Assembly (NCBI GenBank): GCA_963663225.1
Contig: OY760142.1
Location: 1,504,001 to 1,568,000, forward strand
Length of the DNA: 64,000 nucleotides
From: Nitrospirota bacterium
GTDB lineage: Bacteria; Nitrospirota; UBA9217
Direction of reading: 5' to 3'
In this document: in pieces, positions 10,255-21,313 of the stretch
How positions within the stretch are numbered: position 1 is the first letter of the stretch
How the letters are laid out: each line of letters begins with the position of its first letter
The notes under the pieces: model-generated
Told to the model about the DNA's origin: nothing
Seen by the model: only the letters and a program-made list of their open reading frames with translations
Databases searched by the model: none
Program-made: the position numbers and the translations under genes

Positions 10255-12183
10255 CTATACATCCCGTTGCTTTCGGTTTGCCATCGGTGCCACTGCTTTC
10301 AGGCGGGATGTTTCCAGGAAGCCTTTCAAGGAAGCATAAATTCCTTCCGCATCAAGGCCGTATTTTTGTCTCAGAACCTTCTGAGGTCCGTGCTCGATAT
10401 AACTGTCCGGAAGTCCTATACGCAGTGTTTTTATTCCGGTTAACTTCAGTGCATCGAGACATTCCAGTACGGCGCTCCCGAAACCACCGAAAAGTGCGTG
10501 TTCTTCAACGGTCACGATGCGGCCGGTTTTTCGGGCCATCCGGAGTATCATCTCTTCGTCAAGCGGTTTTGCGAAGCGTGCATTTACTACAGCAACTGAA
10601 ATTCCTTCTGCTGCAAGCCGTTTCGCAGCATCAAGCGCGGGAAGTACCATATTGCCGATTGCGATGATTGCGGCATCCGTGCCGTCCAGAAGGATTTCCG
10701 ATTTTCCGATTTCTAAGACTTTCAGGTCCTGGTCCATGGGTACGCCGAACCCGGCGCCGCGGGGATAGCGGACCGCGGACGGGCCCGGCCATTCGGCTGC
10801 GGTTTTGATCATATGCTGGAGTTCGTTTTCGTCCTTAGGAGACATCAGGATCATGTTGGGAACATGGCGCAGATAGGCGATGTCAAACACGCCGTGGTGT
10901 GTCGGGCCGTCTTCTCCCACAAGCCCTGCGCGGTCGAGAGCAAGCGTTACCGGAAGATTTTGAAGACAAAGATCATGCACGATCTGGTCATAAGCGCGCT
11001 GGGTAAACGTTGAATAGATGGCCGCCACGGGGTGCAGTCCCTCCGCGGCAATTCCGCACGCGAACGTCACACCGTGGGATTCGGCCAGGCCGACATCAAA
11101 AAAGCGGTTCGGAAATTTCTCAGCGAATTTGTCAAGCCCGGTGCCGTCCGACATTGCTGCAGAAATAGCGACAATGTTATTGTTCTCTTCTGCCAGCCGG
11201 AGCATGGTTTGCCCGAAAACAGCAGTATAGCTGAGGACCGGCTGTGCCGGTTTTTTTGCCACAAGCTCGCCCGTCTCCGGATCGAAAGGCGGTGTACCAT
11301 GGTACTGAGACGGCTCGCACTCTGCGAAGTCGCATCCCTTTCCTTTCTTTGTAATTACATGCACGAGGACAGGCCATTCGATATTTTTGGCATTTTTAAA
11401 CATCTCAAGCAGATTGTCGATATTGTGTCCGTCAATCGGGCCGATATACTGAAAACCGAGCTCCTCGAAAAGGATGCCGGGTACGAGCAGTCCTTTGAGG
11501 GATTCCTCGGCTTTTTTGGCGAAATTGAACATGGACTCACCGACTCGAGGGATTCCCTGAAGAAAATTTTTTGTTTCGACGCGAAGCTTCGTGTAAAACT
11601 GTCCGGACATGAGCCTGCTGAGATACGAGGACAGAGCACCGACGTTGTGGTTGATCGACATTTCGTTGTCATTCAGCACAACAATCATTTTTCTCTGCAG
11701 GTCTCCGGCCTGGTTAAGTCCTTCAAAAGCGAGGCCGGCAGAGATGGACCCGTCGCCGATGACGGCGATCACATGGTAATCTTCCCCTTTGATGTCGCGC
11801 GAGACAGCCATGCCGAGCGCCGCAGAAATGGACGTGCTTGAATGGCCCACGCCGAAATGATCACACGGGCTTTCTGCGCGCTTGGGGAACCCGCTCAAAC
11901 CGTCGTGTTGCCTTATCGTACGAAACTGGGCCCGCCTGCCGGTAAGAATCTTGTGGGCGTATGCCTGGTGCCCGACGTCCCAGACAATGCGGTCTTTCGG
12001 TGTGTTAAAAGCGTAGTGCAGGGCGATCGTCAAATCGACCACACCGAGACTGGATGCCAGATGGCCGCCGGTCTTTGATATGACATCGATGATTTCCTGC
12101 CTGACTTCCTTTGCAAGTTCCGGAAGGTCTTTCTGGGGAAGAGCTCTCAAGTCTTTTGCGTCTTTGATTGAATCCAGTAACAT
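10255..12183 (-). CDS. dxs: 1-deoxy-D-xylulose-5-phosphate synthase
   Basis: [20 protein letters not shown]...NDN TPP motif, [15 protein letters not shown]. Confidence 0.97.
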   Translation of the reverse strand: MLLDSIKDAKDLRALPQKDLPELAKEVRQEIIDVISKTGGHLASSLGVVDLTIALHYAFNTPKDRIVWDVGHQAYAHKILTGRRAQFRTIRQHDGLSGFPKRAESPCDHFGVGHSSTSISAALGMAVSRDIKGEDYHVIAVIGDGSISAGLAFEGLNQAGDLQRKMIVVLNDNEMSINHNVGALSSYLSRLMSGQFYTKLRVETKNFLQGIPRVGESMFNFAKKAEESLKGLLVPGILFEELGFQYIGPIDGHNIDNLLEMFKNAKNIEWPVLVHVITKKGKGCDFAECEPSQYHGTPPFDPETGELVAKKPAQPVLSYTAVFGQTMLRLAEENNNIVAISAAMSDGTGLDKFAEKFPNRFFDVGLAESHGVTFACGIAAEGLHPVAAIYSTFTQRAYDQIVHDLCLQNLPVTLALDRAGLVGEDGPTHHGVFDIAYLRHVPNMILMSPKDENELQHMIKTAAEWPGPSAVRYPRGAGFGVPMDQDLKVLEIGKSEILLDGTDAAIIAIGNMVLPALDAAKRLAAEGISVAVVNARFAKPLDEEMILRMARKTGRIVTVEEHALFGGFGSAVLECLDALKLTGIKTLRIGLPDSYIEHGPQKVLRQKYGLDAEGIYASLKGFLETSRLKAVAPMANRKQRDV

Positions 12184-12291
12184 GAATACCTCGTGAACAG
12201 TTTCCGGCCGCCAAATAATTAGATTCCTGCGCAGGCCGATGTTATCAATCCCGAAACAGTGCCGGCAGCAGCTGCAGCTCGATAAAGAAGA

Positions 12292-13182
12292 TTAGTTTAC
12301 ACGGTTAATAATGTATTTTGCCAGTTCCCGCAAGGGGTCGGCCTTGCGGTCAAAATCTCTCAGTGAGAGAATTGCTTTGTCTACCACTTCCACTGCCCTG
12401 CGCCGTGATTCTTCAAGGCCGTAAAAGCTCGGGTAGGTTTTTTTGTCCTTTTTAAGGTCGCTCCCGACATCTTTCCCGATTTCCTCCTGCGTGCCGGTGA
12501 TGTCCAGAATATCGTCGGCGATCTGAAATGCGAGGCCGATCAACTCACCGTAGCGGGTTAATGCGGCAAGTTGACGTTTTCCGGCTCTCGCATAAAGCGC
12601 ACCAACCCGTACTGATGCACGGATGAGAGTCCCGGTTTTGTGCGTATGGATATATTCGAGTGTCGGAAGATCGACGTCCTTGCCTTCTGACTCCATATCC
12701 ACCACCTGGCCTCCCACCATGCCGAAGACGCCTGCAGCGGTTGCAATTTCTTTTGCAACAATCAAAAGCCTGTTTGCAGGGACAGTCTTGGTTCTCCGTG
12801 GATCAGTCAAAACCTCGAACGCCATGTTTAACAGGCCGTCGCCAGCAAGGATGGCGATGGCTTCACCATATACTTTGTGACAGGTTGGCCTTCCCCGCCG
12901 GAAATCATCATTGTCCATCGCCGGAAGATCGTCGTGAATCAGAGAATAAGTGTGAATAAGCTCCAGGGCGCCTGCAAGAGGAAGCACGCCGGCTGTTTTG
13001 CCGCCCAGTGCCTCGGATGCCGCGATCGCAAGGATGGGCCGAACGCGCTTGCCGCCTGCGAACAGGCTGTAACGCATTGCCTCGTGCACGGAAGAGGGGA
13101 AAGTCTTTGAAGGCGGCATCAGCTTGTCGAGCACCTTATCTACACTGTTTTTTCTCTGAGAAAGATATGTTTTTATGTCCAT
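12292..13182 (-). CDS. ispA: Farnesyl/geranylgeranyl diphosphate synthase
   Basis: GGKRVRP, LIHDDLPAMDNDDFRRG, FQIADDILD. Confidence 0.93.
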   Translation of the reverse strand: MDIKTYLSQRKNSVDKVLDKLMPPSKTFPSSVHEAMRYSLFAGGKRVRPILAIAASEALGGKTAGVLPLAGALELIHTYSLIHDDLPAMDNDDFRRGRPTCHKVYGEAIAILAGDGLLNMAFEVLTDPRRTKTVPANRLLIVAKEIATAAGVFGMVGGQVVDMESEGKDVDLPTLEYIHTHKTGTLIRASVRVGALYARAGKRQLAALTRYGELIGLAFQIADDILDITGTQEEIGKDVGSDLKKDKKTYPSFYGLEESRRRAVEVVDKAILSLRDFDRKADPLRELAKYIINRVN

Positions 13183-13203
13183 GGCTAAAATTTGAACCGT
13201 CCT

Positions 13204-13434
13204 CTACTCGTTTTCATCTTCAAAAGGTTTTACCGTCAGTTTTCCCGATGAGTCTTTCAGCAGGATTTCCACCTTTCGCTCCGCTTCTTCGAGCCGCTTG
13301 CTGCAGATGCGGGAAAGCTTGATCCCTTCCTCAAAGAACTTCAGAGACTGTTCAAGCGGAAGGTCTCCCTTCTCAAGTTCCTGTACAATCTCTTCCAAGC
13401 GCGCAAGCGCAACCTCAAACTTTTTTTCTGCCAT
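13204..13434 (-). CDS. xseB: Exodeoxyribonuclease VII small subunit
   Basis: FEVALARLEEIVQELEKGDLPLEQSL; xseB-ispA-dxs synteny. Confidence 0.95.
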   Translation of the reverse strand: MAEKKFEVALARLEEIVQELEKGDLPLEQSLKFFEEGIKLSRICSKRLEEAERKVEILLKDSSGKLTVKPFEDENE

Positions 13435-13730
13435 GAGGCTTATACTCTCCGAAGCATGTCCTCTGATAGTTGTTTCGCGTTCTGCAAGCTTTAATTATAT
13501 CCGGATATGCCGGTGAAAATCAAGGCAAAATGATTGCATAAGGCAGGACAGGCAGTATTGCGAGAATATTCCACGGTTCCAGTTTCTGGCATGAAGGTTC
13601 GCTCAGAGGGGTATATTCGCGCTGTTCCAGGAGAAAAATCAGGGGTACACAAAACAATCCGTCGCAAGTCGGTCAGGTGAAAAAACGGGATGCTGTTCCT
13701 CCAGTTGAGAAATAGTTGCTGACTCGCTGA

Positions 13731-14330
13731 TTAAACCCCAGTGCGGCGTTTTTTTCTCATCCATAACTGATACAGCACGAAAACGGCGACAACAGCAATA
13801 GAAACGCCTCCCAGAATATTGTGAATTACAGCTGTTTGGCGTTTCCATTCTTCGCCCAGAAAGTAACCCAGAGAAATATACAATACCGTCCAGATAAGTG
13901 TGCCTGAGAATGAAAAAAAAGCAAATTCCGTAAAAGACATTCTCGATGTCCCTGCGACGATTGGCGCCAGGTGCCGTATACCGGGAAGAAAATTGGAAAA
14001 CAACAGCCCCCATTTTCCTGCGTGGCCGAACCAGGCGCGTATTTTCGTCAACTGCTCCGGGTTCAGGCGCAGCCGGCCGGCATATTTATGTACAAAATAG
14101 AAACCCATTGCCCTGCCTAATAGATAATTGACCGTCATGCCGAATATGCAACCGAAGTATGCAGCGGTGACCGTGGGCAGAGGGAGAAGTTTACCTGAAT
14201 AAATAAAATAGCCAAGATAGCCGAGAAGCAAGTCATTCGGGACTGGAGCACCGATGACTCCACCGGCAAATACGCCAAAAATGATGCCATAGCCGTGAAG
14301 AGCGATCCAGTGAGCAATAGCCTGTATCAT
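13731..14330 (-). CDS. DedA family membrane protein
   Basis: GAPVPND, FLPGIRH, AGTSRM motifs. Confidence 0.85.
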   Translation of the reverse strand: MIQAIAHWIALHGYGIIFGVFAGGVIGAPVPNDLLLGYLGYFIYSGKLLPLPTVTAAYFGCIFGMTVNYLLGRAMGFYFVHKYAGRLRLNPEQLTKIRAWFGHAGKWGLLFSNFLPGIRHLAPIVAGTSRMSFTEFAFFSFSGTLIWTVLYISLGYFLGEEWKRQTAVIHNILGGVSIAVVAVFVLYQLWMRKKRRTGV

Positions 14331-14400
14331 GTATTTATTTTAACAGAAGGCAATAGTTTTACAGTGGTTTTTTTCAGAAAACGATTTGACATGCAGACGG

Positions 14401-14949
14401 CTAGCGTTGGGGAGATTTTTTTCGGTTCATGGCTTTGCCGAGGTATTTGTTGACAGGGTTTGAACGGTCAAGAAAAGATACAATCGGTTTTTTTCTTGCA
14501 CCGAGGCTTCTGAGTTCTTTCTTGATCGCTGTATGGAGAGGATCATAATGGAGTCCCTGGTAGAAAGCAGCAACCGCATTCTTTTTTTTGCCTGCAGCCA
14601 CGTAGGCCTTCCCAAGGTTGAGGTAGAGGACCGGGAACAGCAGCTCTTTGCCGACCACACCGGCATTTTTCTGCACCATTGAAATGGCTTTGGTGCAATT
14701 GTCCACCCCGCTTCTATGTTTCTTGTCGACGCTGGCCTGCAGGCTGCCATAGAATGAAATGACGAACGGATCATCCGGACACATTACCATGGCACGCTGT
14801 ATAACAGCATATGCACTTTTCTTGTTCCCTTTCAGGAGGTAGCCGTTTACCGTCCGGATGTATTCAATCGGTTTTAGCTCCCGAACTCGTTCATTCGGAT
14901 CGTCTCCTGCAGCGTCTTTTGTCCGTTTCGGTTCAGGTAAGTCATCCAT
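14401..14949 (-). CDS. TPR-like hypothetical protein
   Basis: LYLNLGKAYVAAG TPR helix; start uncertain (ORF open to 15021). Confidence 0.65.
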   Translation of the reverse strand: MDDLPEPKRTKDAAGDDPNERVRELKPIEYIRTVNGYLLKGNKKSAYAVIQRAMVMCPDDPFVISFYGSLQASVDKKHRSGVDNCTKAISMVQKNAGVVGKELLFPVLYLNLGKAYVAAGKKKNAVAAFYQGLHYDPLHTAIKKELRSLGARKKPIVSFLDRSNPVNKYLGKAMNRKKSPQR

Positions 14950-15071
14950 GATTTGCATCTCCGCTTTCGATAGAAAGTTTGATAACAAGCTCCGGGGAAC
15001 TCCGGGCCTTGCTGTGCACATGCTTCAACGTATATTTTTCAGTCATAATAGCAGAAATATCGAAAAGAATT

Positions 15072-15087
15072 TGTGATTTTGCTCACA
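15072..15087. promoter_or_regulatory. CRP/FNR-family or Rex-like operator
   Basis: Perfect TGTGA-N6-TCACA in AT-rich intergenic DNA upstream of the TPR gene. Confidence 0.45.
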
Positions 15088-15227
15088 CGATTTTTTTTGT
15101 TTTCGTCAGCCAGTATGAGCCAATATAAATGCGCTTGCCAGTTGAACCATAACAGATAAGTCTTTACCGGCGAACCGCTCCGGCACAAAATACTTGTTGT
15201 GTTATTGTAAAATATACCTTCGGAAGT

Positions 15228-16196
15228 TCACCATAACTTCGGCAGTTTTTCTATGAGTATGCCAGCACCGATGCGCCTGCTATATCGGTTATAGTCGATA
15301 AGACTGAGGCCATAGCCATCGAAGTATTGAACAAAAAATTTTAAATCGTTTTTAAGCGGTATGGTAAGGTTCAGTTGGGTTGAGCCAAAGTTTGAACGCT
15401 CTCGTAGATTGTTACGCACAGTAAGAAAGAGGTCTGCTCTGGTTGTTCGGTATCCTGCCGTTAGTTCTCCATAACCCATATAGCGGGTAATATCGGGATT
15501 ATCATCGCCGTGTGCATCTGCAGGAGATGATTTCGAGCGTTCGGGAATACGGTACCATGGTTTCAGGATCAGGATAAGATGTTCCCACTCCAGAACAATC
15601 TCTCCATATATGCGGTTCCAGCTCCGTGAGTCAGATCCTCCCTGACCGTTCGACTCATGAATCACGCTGTATTTTGTCCATATTTTCCCCAATCCGAGAA
15701 CCGAAGGACTGTAACTGAACGTCGCCATGAGTTCCGGCGCATAGTTCGTTTCGCGGAAAGGAGAGGAACCATTGCTATTGAACGCCTGCCAAAAGGAAAC
15801 TTGTGTATAGCCGAAGGCGAGGTTGCCATCTGTCCAGGGGATGGCTGTAATCGGGATCTTGAAGCTTAATTGAAACTGCAATTCCCAATCCTGATTTGCC
15901 CGGTCGCCCCGGCTCAGCGTCCGGTCATATGCCGCAATTGCGTACAGAGGCTTATAGGGGCGCAGGAAAAAGTAGTCGGTCTTTTCAGGCGCCGTGGCGG
16001 TAGAATTGCTGCATACAGAAGCGGTTACGGCCGGTGCTGAAAAAAGAGTACCGCCTGCCGTGCTTTTTGCAGAGGTGGTTTCCAGCAACTCTTCCGCAAG
16101 AGACGGTGAATGAAGCAGTAAAGCGAACGCCAACACCGAAACCAGTAACATAAATCCGGAGCAGCGCCCTTGCAGAAAGAAAGATTTGAAAAACAT
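15228..16196 (-). CDS. pldA: Outer membrane phospholipase A
   Basis: FQLSFK, YTQVSFWQ, SSPFRETNYAPE, HESNG...SRSWNR catalytic motif. Confidence 0.93.
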   Translation of the reverse strand: MFFKSFFLQGRCSGFMLLVSVLAFALLLHSPSLAEELLETTSAKSTAGGTLFSAPAVTASVCSNSTATAPEKTDYFFLRPYKPLYAIAAYDRTLSRGDRANQDWELQFQLSFKIPITAIPWTDGNLAFGYTQVSFWQAFNSNGSSPFRETNYAPELMATFSYSPSVLGLGKIWTKYSVIHESNGQGGSDSRSWNRIYGEIVLEWEHLILILKPWYRIPERSKSSPADAHGDDNPDITRYMGYGELTAGYRTTRADLFLTVRNNLRERSNFGSTQLNLTIPLKNDLKFFVQYFDGYGLSLIDYNRYSRRIGAGILIEKLPKLW

Positions 16197-16486
16197 TTAC
16201 CCTCCTTGCTTCAGAATCCATATCACTCACAAATTGATAATTGCTCTTCCCTAGATTAATTACGACAAGGCAAAACCTATGCCGCAGGGTGAGAAACGCC
16301 GGTTCTCTTTTGCAAGTATGGCCGCAAACATGAGGAATAGTCAAGATCTAAGGAACGCATATACACAAAAAGCGGTGCGTGCCTTGCAGGGGAACTAAAT
16401 TTTATCCGGATTTGTCTCTCCTCCCGGCACTTTTACGCTTGAAATCGCCCTATTATTCTGATAGTATGAAATTCTCAGGAGGCATA

Positions 16487-16975
16487 GTGCAGAGGGCGGA
16501 TCTTACAACCAGATCAGTCGCAGGATTTGTGGATATCCTCCTTATTATCGGATTGGCAAGACTGCCAGACGCATTCGGTTTTTTATCCGCAGCAGGGTAC
16601 ATCCTCATTCGAGACGGACTGCTCAATGGTCAAAGCATCGGGAAAAAACTCATTGGTCTTCGGGTGATAGCATACGAAACATCCGGATCTTCGATGAGCT
16701 ACCGAGAGTCAATTATCAGAAATGTACCACTCGCCATAGCTTTTTTCTTCTTTTTAATCCCCTATGTAGGGTGGGTTTTGGGCCTGCTGGTCCTCAGCGT
16801 GGAATGCCTGACCGCCCTCGGTGATGACGAGGGGATGAGAATTGGAGATATGCTTGCGAGAACGCGCGTTGTCTGCAGGGCCCCTGCCTCAGAGACTCCA
16901 AAAGATGACAGGGGACAGCAGCCGACCGATACTGCCCTGACCAATACGGGCGAATCCCCCGATTCACGGAAATGA
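16487..16975 (+). CDS. RDD family membrane protein
   Basis: R...D, GQSIGKKLIGLRVI, RIGDMLARTRVV; GTG after AGGAGG. Confidence 0.8.
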   Translation: MQRADLTTRSVAGFVDILLIIGLARLPDAFGFLSAAGYILIRDGLLNGQSIGKKLIGLRVIAYETSGSSMSYRESIIRNVPLAIAFFFFLIPYVGWVLGLLVLSVECLTALGDDEGMRIGDMLARTRVVCRAPASETPKDDRGQQPTDTALTNTGESPDSRK

Positions 16976-17098
16976 TGACGGAGAAGAAAATCACAAACAG
17001 TTCAGGAGCCGGTATTGCAATCGGCAGCTTTGACGTCCGAGATGGCTGTTTTCTTGCTTGTAATTCATGTTTAATTTTGAAAGGAGTTTTTGCGCACA

Positions 17099-18124
17099 AT
17101 GATTATTAATACTATCATGGGTTGGTTCTCAAATGATATGGCGATAGATTTGGGGACGGCGAATACCCTGGTTTACGTAAAAGGAAAAGGAATCGTTTGC
17201 AATGAACCTTCGGTTGTTGCTATTTCCGTGAAGACCGGGAAAGTGCTTGCTGTTGGTGCCGGAGCAAAAAAAATGCTCGGCCGTACACCAGGGGATATTA
17301 AAACGATCCGGCCGATCAAGGACGGTGTTATTTCCGACTTTGATGTTACCGGAGAAATGCTCAAATATTTTATCCAGCGGGTTCACAACCGGCAGCGATT
17401 CATGCGTCCGCGCATCGTTATCGGCGTGCCGACGGGGATCACGCAGGTGGAGCAGCGTGCTGTCAAAGATGCCGCCATCACCTCCGGAGGACGTGATGTG
17501 TATCTGATAGAGGAACCCGTAGCAGCTGCCATCGGGACGGGACTGCCCATCTCTGAACCTTCGGGCAATATGATTGTCGATATCGGCGGCGGCACCACGG
17601 ACATTGCCGTAATCTCGATGGATGGAGTGGTGTACAGCAAGGCCATCCGCGTCGGCGGCGACAAGATGGACGAGGCCATCATCAACTATATTAAACGTAA
17701 ATACAACCTCCTCATCGGTGAGATGATGGCCGAACAGATCAAGCTTGAGATTGGATCGGCATATAAAATGGACAGCACCCGTATGACCATGGAGATTAAA
17801 GGTCGCGACCTGGTCTCCGGCATACCCAAGACGCTCATCCTTGACGACGATGAAGTGCGTGAGGCTCTGGCGGAACCCATTGCCCAGATCCTGAACGGCA
17901 TCAAGCTTGCGCTTGAAAATACTCCTCCGGAACTCTCGGCAGACATTGTTGACAAGGGCATTGTCCTGGCGGGCGGCGGGGCGCTCCTGAAGGGGCTGGA
18001 TGTTTTTCTCAGAGAAGAAACATCACTTCCCATTATCATAGCGGAAGACCCTCTTACCTGTGTTGCGCTTGGTGCGGGCAAGGTCCTCGACGATGAGGAA
18101 ATACTGCAAAAAGTCATCATGTAA
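17099..18124 (+). CDS. mreB: Rod shape-determining protein MreB
   Basis: [21 protein letters not shown]. Confidence 0.97.
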   Translation: MIINTIMGWFSNDMAIDLGTANTLVYVKGKGIVCNEPSVVAISVKTGKVLAVGAGAKKMLGRTPGDIKTIRPIKDGVISDFDVTGEMLKYFIQRVHNRQRFMRPRIVIGVPTGITQVEQRAVKDAAITSGGRDVYLIEEPVAAAIGTGLPISEPSGNMIVDIGGGTTDIAVISMDGVVYSKAIRVGGDKMDEAIINYIKRKYNLLIGEMMAEQIKLEIGSAYKMDSTRMTMEIKGRDLVSGIPKTLILDDDEVREALAEPIAQILNGIKLALENTPPELSADIVDKGIVLAGGGALLKGLDVFLREETSLPIIIAEDPLTCVALGAGKVLDDEEILQKVIM

Positions 18125-18185
18125 AGCGTGCCGGGGATATTGCTGTTTGATTACCTGGCAATACTGAACGGAAAGATACCGGCCG

Positions 18186-18992
18186 ATGCTCGGATTTGTC
18201 TCGAAGCACAGAAAATTTTTTTTCATCTTCCTTCTTTTTGTCATCCTGTTCTGGCTGATTACCGTGCAGGTAAAAAACGGGCGTTTTTTGTTTATGGAAA
18301 AACCTGTTCTGGCCGTGTCAGGTTTTTTTGAGAGAATGATAACCAAAACATTCACGGCTGTAGAAGCTGTCGGCAATCATTATGTGCTGCTTGTGCAGAC
18401 ACAGCGGAACAATGAGCGGCTGAAAGAAGAAAATGATCGACTGCGGCTCGAAAGCGCGGTTGTAAATGAGCTGCTTGCCGAAAATGGGAGGCTTCGTGAC
18501 GCCCTGGCGTTTAAACAGCTGTACCAGCCGACGTCAATCATGGTCCAGGTAATCGGCAAGGAAATGTCTCCCGTCTCCGCCACCATAACGATCGGCAAGG
18601 GCTCCGACCAGGGCATCAAGAAGGATATGGCGGTCATTACGCCGTCGGGTGTTGTGGGAAAAGTGCAAACAGCGCTTTCCGGATCGGCTAAAGTCATTCT
18701 GCTGACCGACCCGGGAAGCACCCTTGCTGTACGAGTGCAGAGAAACCGTGAAGAAGGACTGCTGGAAGGCAAGCTGGTGAACTGCGCTCTCAAATATGTT
18801 TCCTACTATGCCGATATCCAACAGGGGGACCTGCTTGTCACCTCAGGACTTGATGGCGTTTATCCGAAGGGCCTCGCCGTGGCCACCGTTGTGAAAGTCA
18901 TAAAACGCGAGACGAGCGCGTTCCAGACAGTTGTTGCGGAACCTGTCGTCCGATTTTCGCGTTTGGAAGAAGCATTGGTACTGACAAAATGA
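18186..18992 (+). CDS. mreC: Rod shape-determining protein MreC
   Basis: TM + coiled coil + GDLLVTSGLDGVYPKGL. Confidence 0.93.
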   Translation: MLGFVSKHRKFFFIFLLFVILFWLITVQVKNGRFLFMEKPVLAVSGFFERMITKTFTAVEAVGNHYVLLVQTQRNNERLKEENDRLRLESAVVNELLAENGRLRDALAFKQLYQPTSIMVQVIGKEMSPVSATITIGKGSDQGIKKDMAVITPSGVVGKVQTALSGSAKVILLTDPGSTLAVRVQRNREEGLLEGKLVNCALKYVSYYADIQQGDLLVTSGLDGVYPKGLAVATVVKVIKRETSAFQTVVAEPVVRFSRLEEALVLTK

Positions 18993-19501
18993 AGGCCGGC
19001 GTATATTGCGTTTTTTTCTTGCTGATCATTCCGTTTCAATCAAGCTTGTTCAACCCTCTGGCGATAGCGGGAATTAAACCCGACCTTGCATTTTCTTTTC
19101 TCTATATTATCGGGCTTCTTACCGGCCCTGGTGAGGCAACACTCGCCGGCATGGGTGCGGGGTTGCTTATCGATATTGGATCTTCGAGCTTTCTCGGAGT
19201 CACCGGGATCAGCCGAGGTCTTCTTGGTCTTTCCGCCGGCCTGCTCGGGAAAAAAGTGCTTGATATTACGAGCCCATCGAACGGCATATTTATGACTGCT
19301 TTCAGCTTGCTGGAAGGGGTTATTTTTTTGTTTTTTCTGCAGATTGTTTACAGCGACCTTCCTTTCCTCAACCTTGTGATAGAGCGTATTCTGCCTCAGG
19401 CGATCTACACCGGCGTACTCGGGATTATATTACTGAGATTAATAACCGAAAAAAAAATTCTGCCTGTTCTGATGAGAAGGACTGCTCAAAAGGAGTTGTA
19501 G
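18989..19501 (+). CDS. mreD: Rod shape-determining protein MreD
   Basis: Hydrophobic, IKPDL motif, synteny. Confidence 0.85.
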   Translation: MKAGVYCVFFLLIIPFQSSLFNPLAIAGIKPDLAFSFLYIIGLLTGPGEATLAGMGAGLLIDIGSSSFLGVTGISRGLLGLSAGLLGKKVLDITSPSNGIFMTAFSLLEGVIFLFFLQIVYSDLPFLNLVIERILPQAIYTGVLGIILLRLITEKKILPVLMRRTAQKEL

Positions 19502-21313
19502 ATGTTCCACGAAGAGAGCCCCGCCGCAATTCAGAAAAGGCTTCCCCTGCTGGCAATTTTCATTGTTCTCGGTATTGTGGTTCTTTTTACCCGTCTTTGG
19601 TATCTGCAGGCGGTCCGCGGTGAATACTACTATGAGCAAGCGGAGAACAACCGGATCAGACCGGTAAAGCTCAGGCCGCCGCGGGGAATAATCTTTGACA
19701 GAAACGGCAAGCCGATCGTCGAAAACGTGCTGACGTTCGATATCTCGCTCGTCCCTGAAGACGCCACAGACCTCGATGCGACCATAAAAAGACTGTCTGC
19801 AATCGTCAAAGTCGATCAGAACACAATCCGACAGATACTCGATGATGCTTCTACGGTCAGAACGAAATACGAACCGGTGAAAATCAAGGAAGAAGCACCC
19901 TGGGACGAAGTAACCGTCGTTGAAGCACACCTGGACGATCTGCCCGGCGCCATTATTGAGCCTGAGCATCGCAGGCATTATCCGTATGGCGGAACCGCCT
20001 CTCACCAACTCGGTTACCTCGGCAAGGTCTCGCAAAGCCAACGCAAGCAGCAGCAAACCGACGTCGGATTGCTTACCGGCCAGGGGGGGCTTGAAAAAAT
20101 CTATGACAAAATTTTGCGTGGAACGGCAGGCAGACGCATGATCCAAGTAAATGCGGCGGGCAGAAAAGTCAAGGATCTCGGCATCGTGGAGCCCAGACCG
20201 GGTGATGACATTTTTCTGACTCTTGATCTTGATGTCCAACGGGCCGCAGAAGAGGCGCTCGGCAGCCGCCCTGGTTCCGTTGTAGCAATGGACCCGAATA
20301 CCGGGGAAATTCTCGCGATAGTAAGTCATCCCAATTTTGACCCGAACCTGTTTCCCCGGGGCATTGCTCCCAAAGACTGGGTTCGTCTGACCAATGATCC
20401 TTCGCATCCGCTTTATAACCGTGCAATTCAGAGTGTCTATCCGCCCGGTTCTGTTTTTAAGATTCTTGTTGCACTGGCAGGACTCGATTCCGGCGTGATC
20501 GATCCCGATGAAAAAATAACATGCAAGGGCTCTATCAAGAGCGGCAAGCATTCCTTCCGGTGCTGGAAGGGTCATGGCCATGGTCCCATCGCATTTCACC
20601 AGGCGCTTGTCGAATCCTGCGACGTATATTTTTATCTTATGGGTGACCGCATCGGGTTCGACCGTATTGCGCAATACGCAAAAAAGCTGGGACTCGGCAG
20701 CCTGACTGGAATCAATCTCCCTGATGAAAAGGCAGGGTTGATACCAACGACGGACTGGAAAAAGAAACGCACTGGTGAGGCCTGGTATGCGGGAGATTCC
20801 TATATCAACTCCATCGGCCAGGGGTTTGTTCTTGTCAGCCCTCTTCAGGCCGCGCGAATGATCGGCGCAGTTGCGAACGGAGGCCATCTCTATCAGCCGC
20901 TGCTGCTGAAGCAAACCAGGAACAGAGAAACGGGAGACATTAAAACGTTTTCATCAAAGCATCAGGACGTCGTTCATCTTGACCCTGATGCGCTTGCCGA
21001 AGTGAACCGGGCGCTTGCAGGCGTGGTCGCAGAACCGGGAGGAACCGGACATGCCGCGCAAACGCTCTTTGCAACGGTGGCCGGCAAGACCGGAACTGCG
21101 CAGGTCGTTTCGCAGAAGACCCCGGGCAAAAAGCTGTCAGGAAAAACGCAGGACCATGCCTGGTTCGTTGCATATGCGCCGGTTGAAAATCCCAGAATAG
21201 CAGTGGCTGTTTTGGTCGAGCATGGAGGGCACGGCGGCGGAGCGGCGGCGCCCGTGGCAAAAGCGGTCATTGAGGAGTATATGAAAAATGCAGAGCCAAC
21301 GATGGTTCACTAA
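19502..21313 (+). CDS. mrdA: Penicillin-binding protein 2
   Basis: PGSVFK, SCD, KTGTAQ, DHAWF. Confidence 0.95.
   Translation: MFHEESPAAIQKRLPLLAIFIVLGIVVLFTRLWYLQAVRGEYYYEQAENNRIRPVKLRPPRGIIFDRNGKPIVENVLTFDISLVPEDATDLDATIKRLSAIVKVDQNTIRQILDDASTVRTKYEPVKIKEEAPWDEVTVVEAHLDDLPGAIIEPEHRRHYPYGGTASHQLGYLGKVSQSQRKQQQTDVGLLTGQGGLEKIYDKILRGTAGRRMIQVNAAGRKVKDLGIVEPRPGDDIFLTLDLDVQRAAEEALGSRPGSVVAMDPNTGEILAIVSHPNFDPNLFPRGIAPKDWVRLTNDPSHPLYNRAIQSVYPPGSVFKILVALAGLDSGVIDPDEKITCKGSIKSGKHSFRCWKGHGHGPIAFHQALVESCDVYFYLMGDRIGFDRIAQYAKKLGLGSLTGINLPDEKAGLIPTTDWKKKRTGEAWYAGDSYINSIGQGFVLVSPLQAARMIGAVANGGHLYQPLLLKQTRNRETGDIKTFSSKHQDVVHLDPDALAEVNRALAGVVAEPGGTGHAAQTLFATVAGKTGTAQVVSQKTPGKKLSGKTQDHAWFVAYAPVENPRIAVAVLVEHGGHGGGAAAPVAKAVIEEYMKNAEPTMVH

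Noticed and set aside
19439-20914. Long antisense ORFs (491 aa opposite mrdA; also 3584-4555, 55827-56804, 61386-62381)
   Set aside because: Shadow frames of well-supported genes with no recognisable motifs
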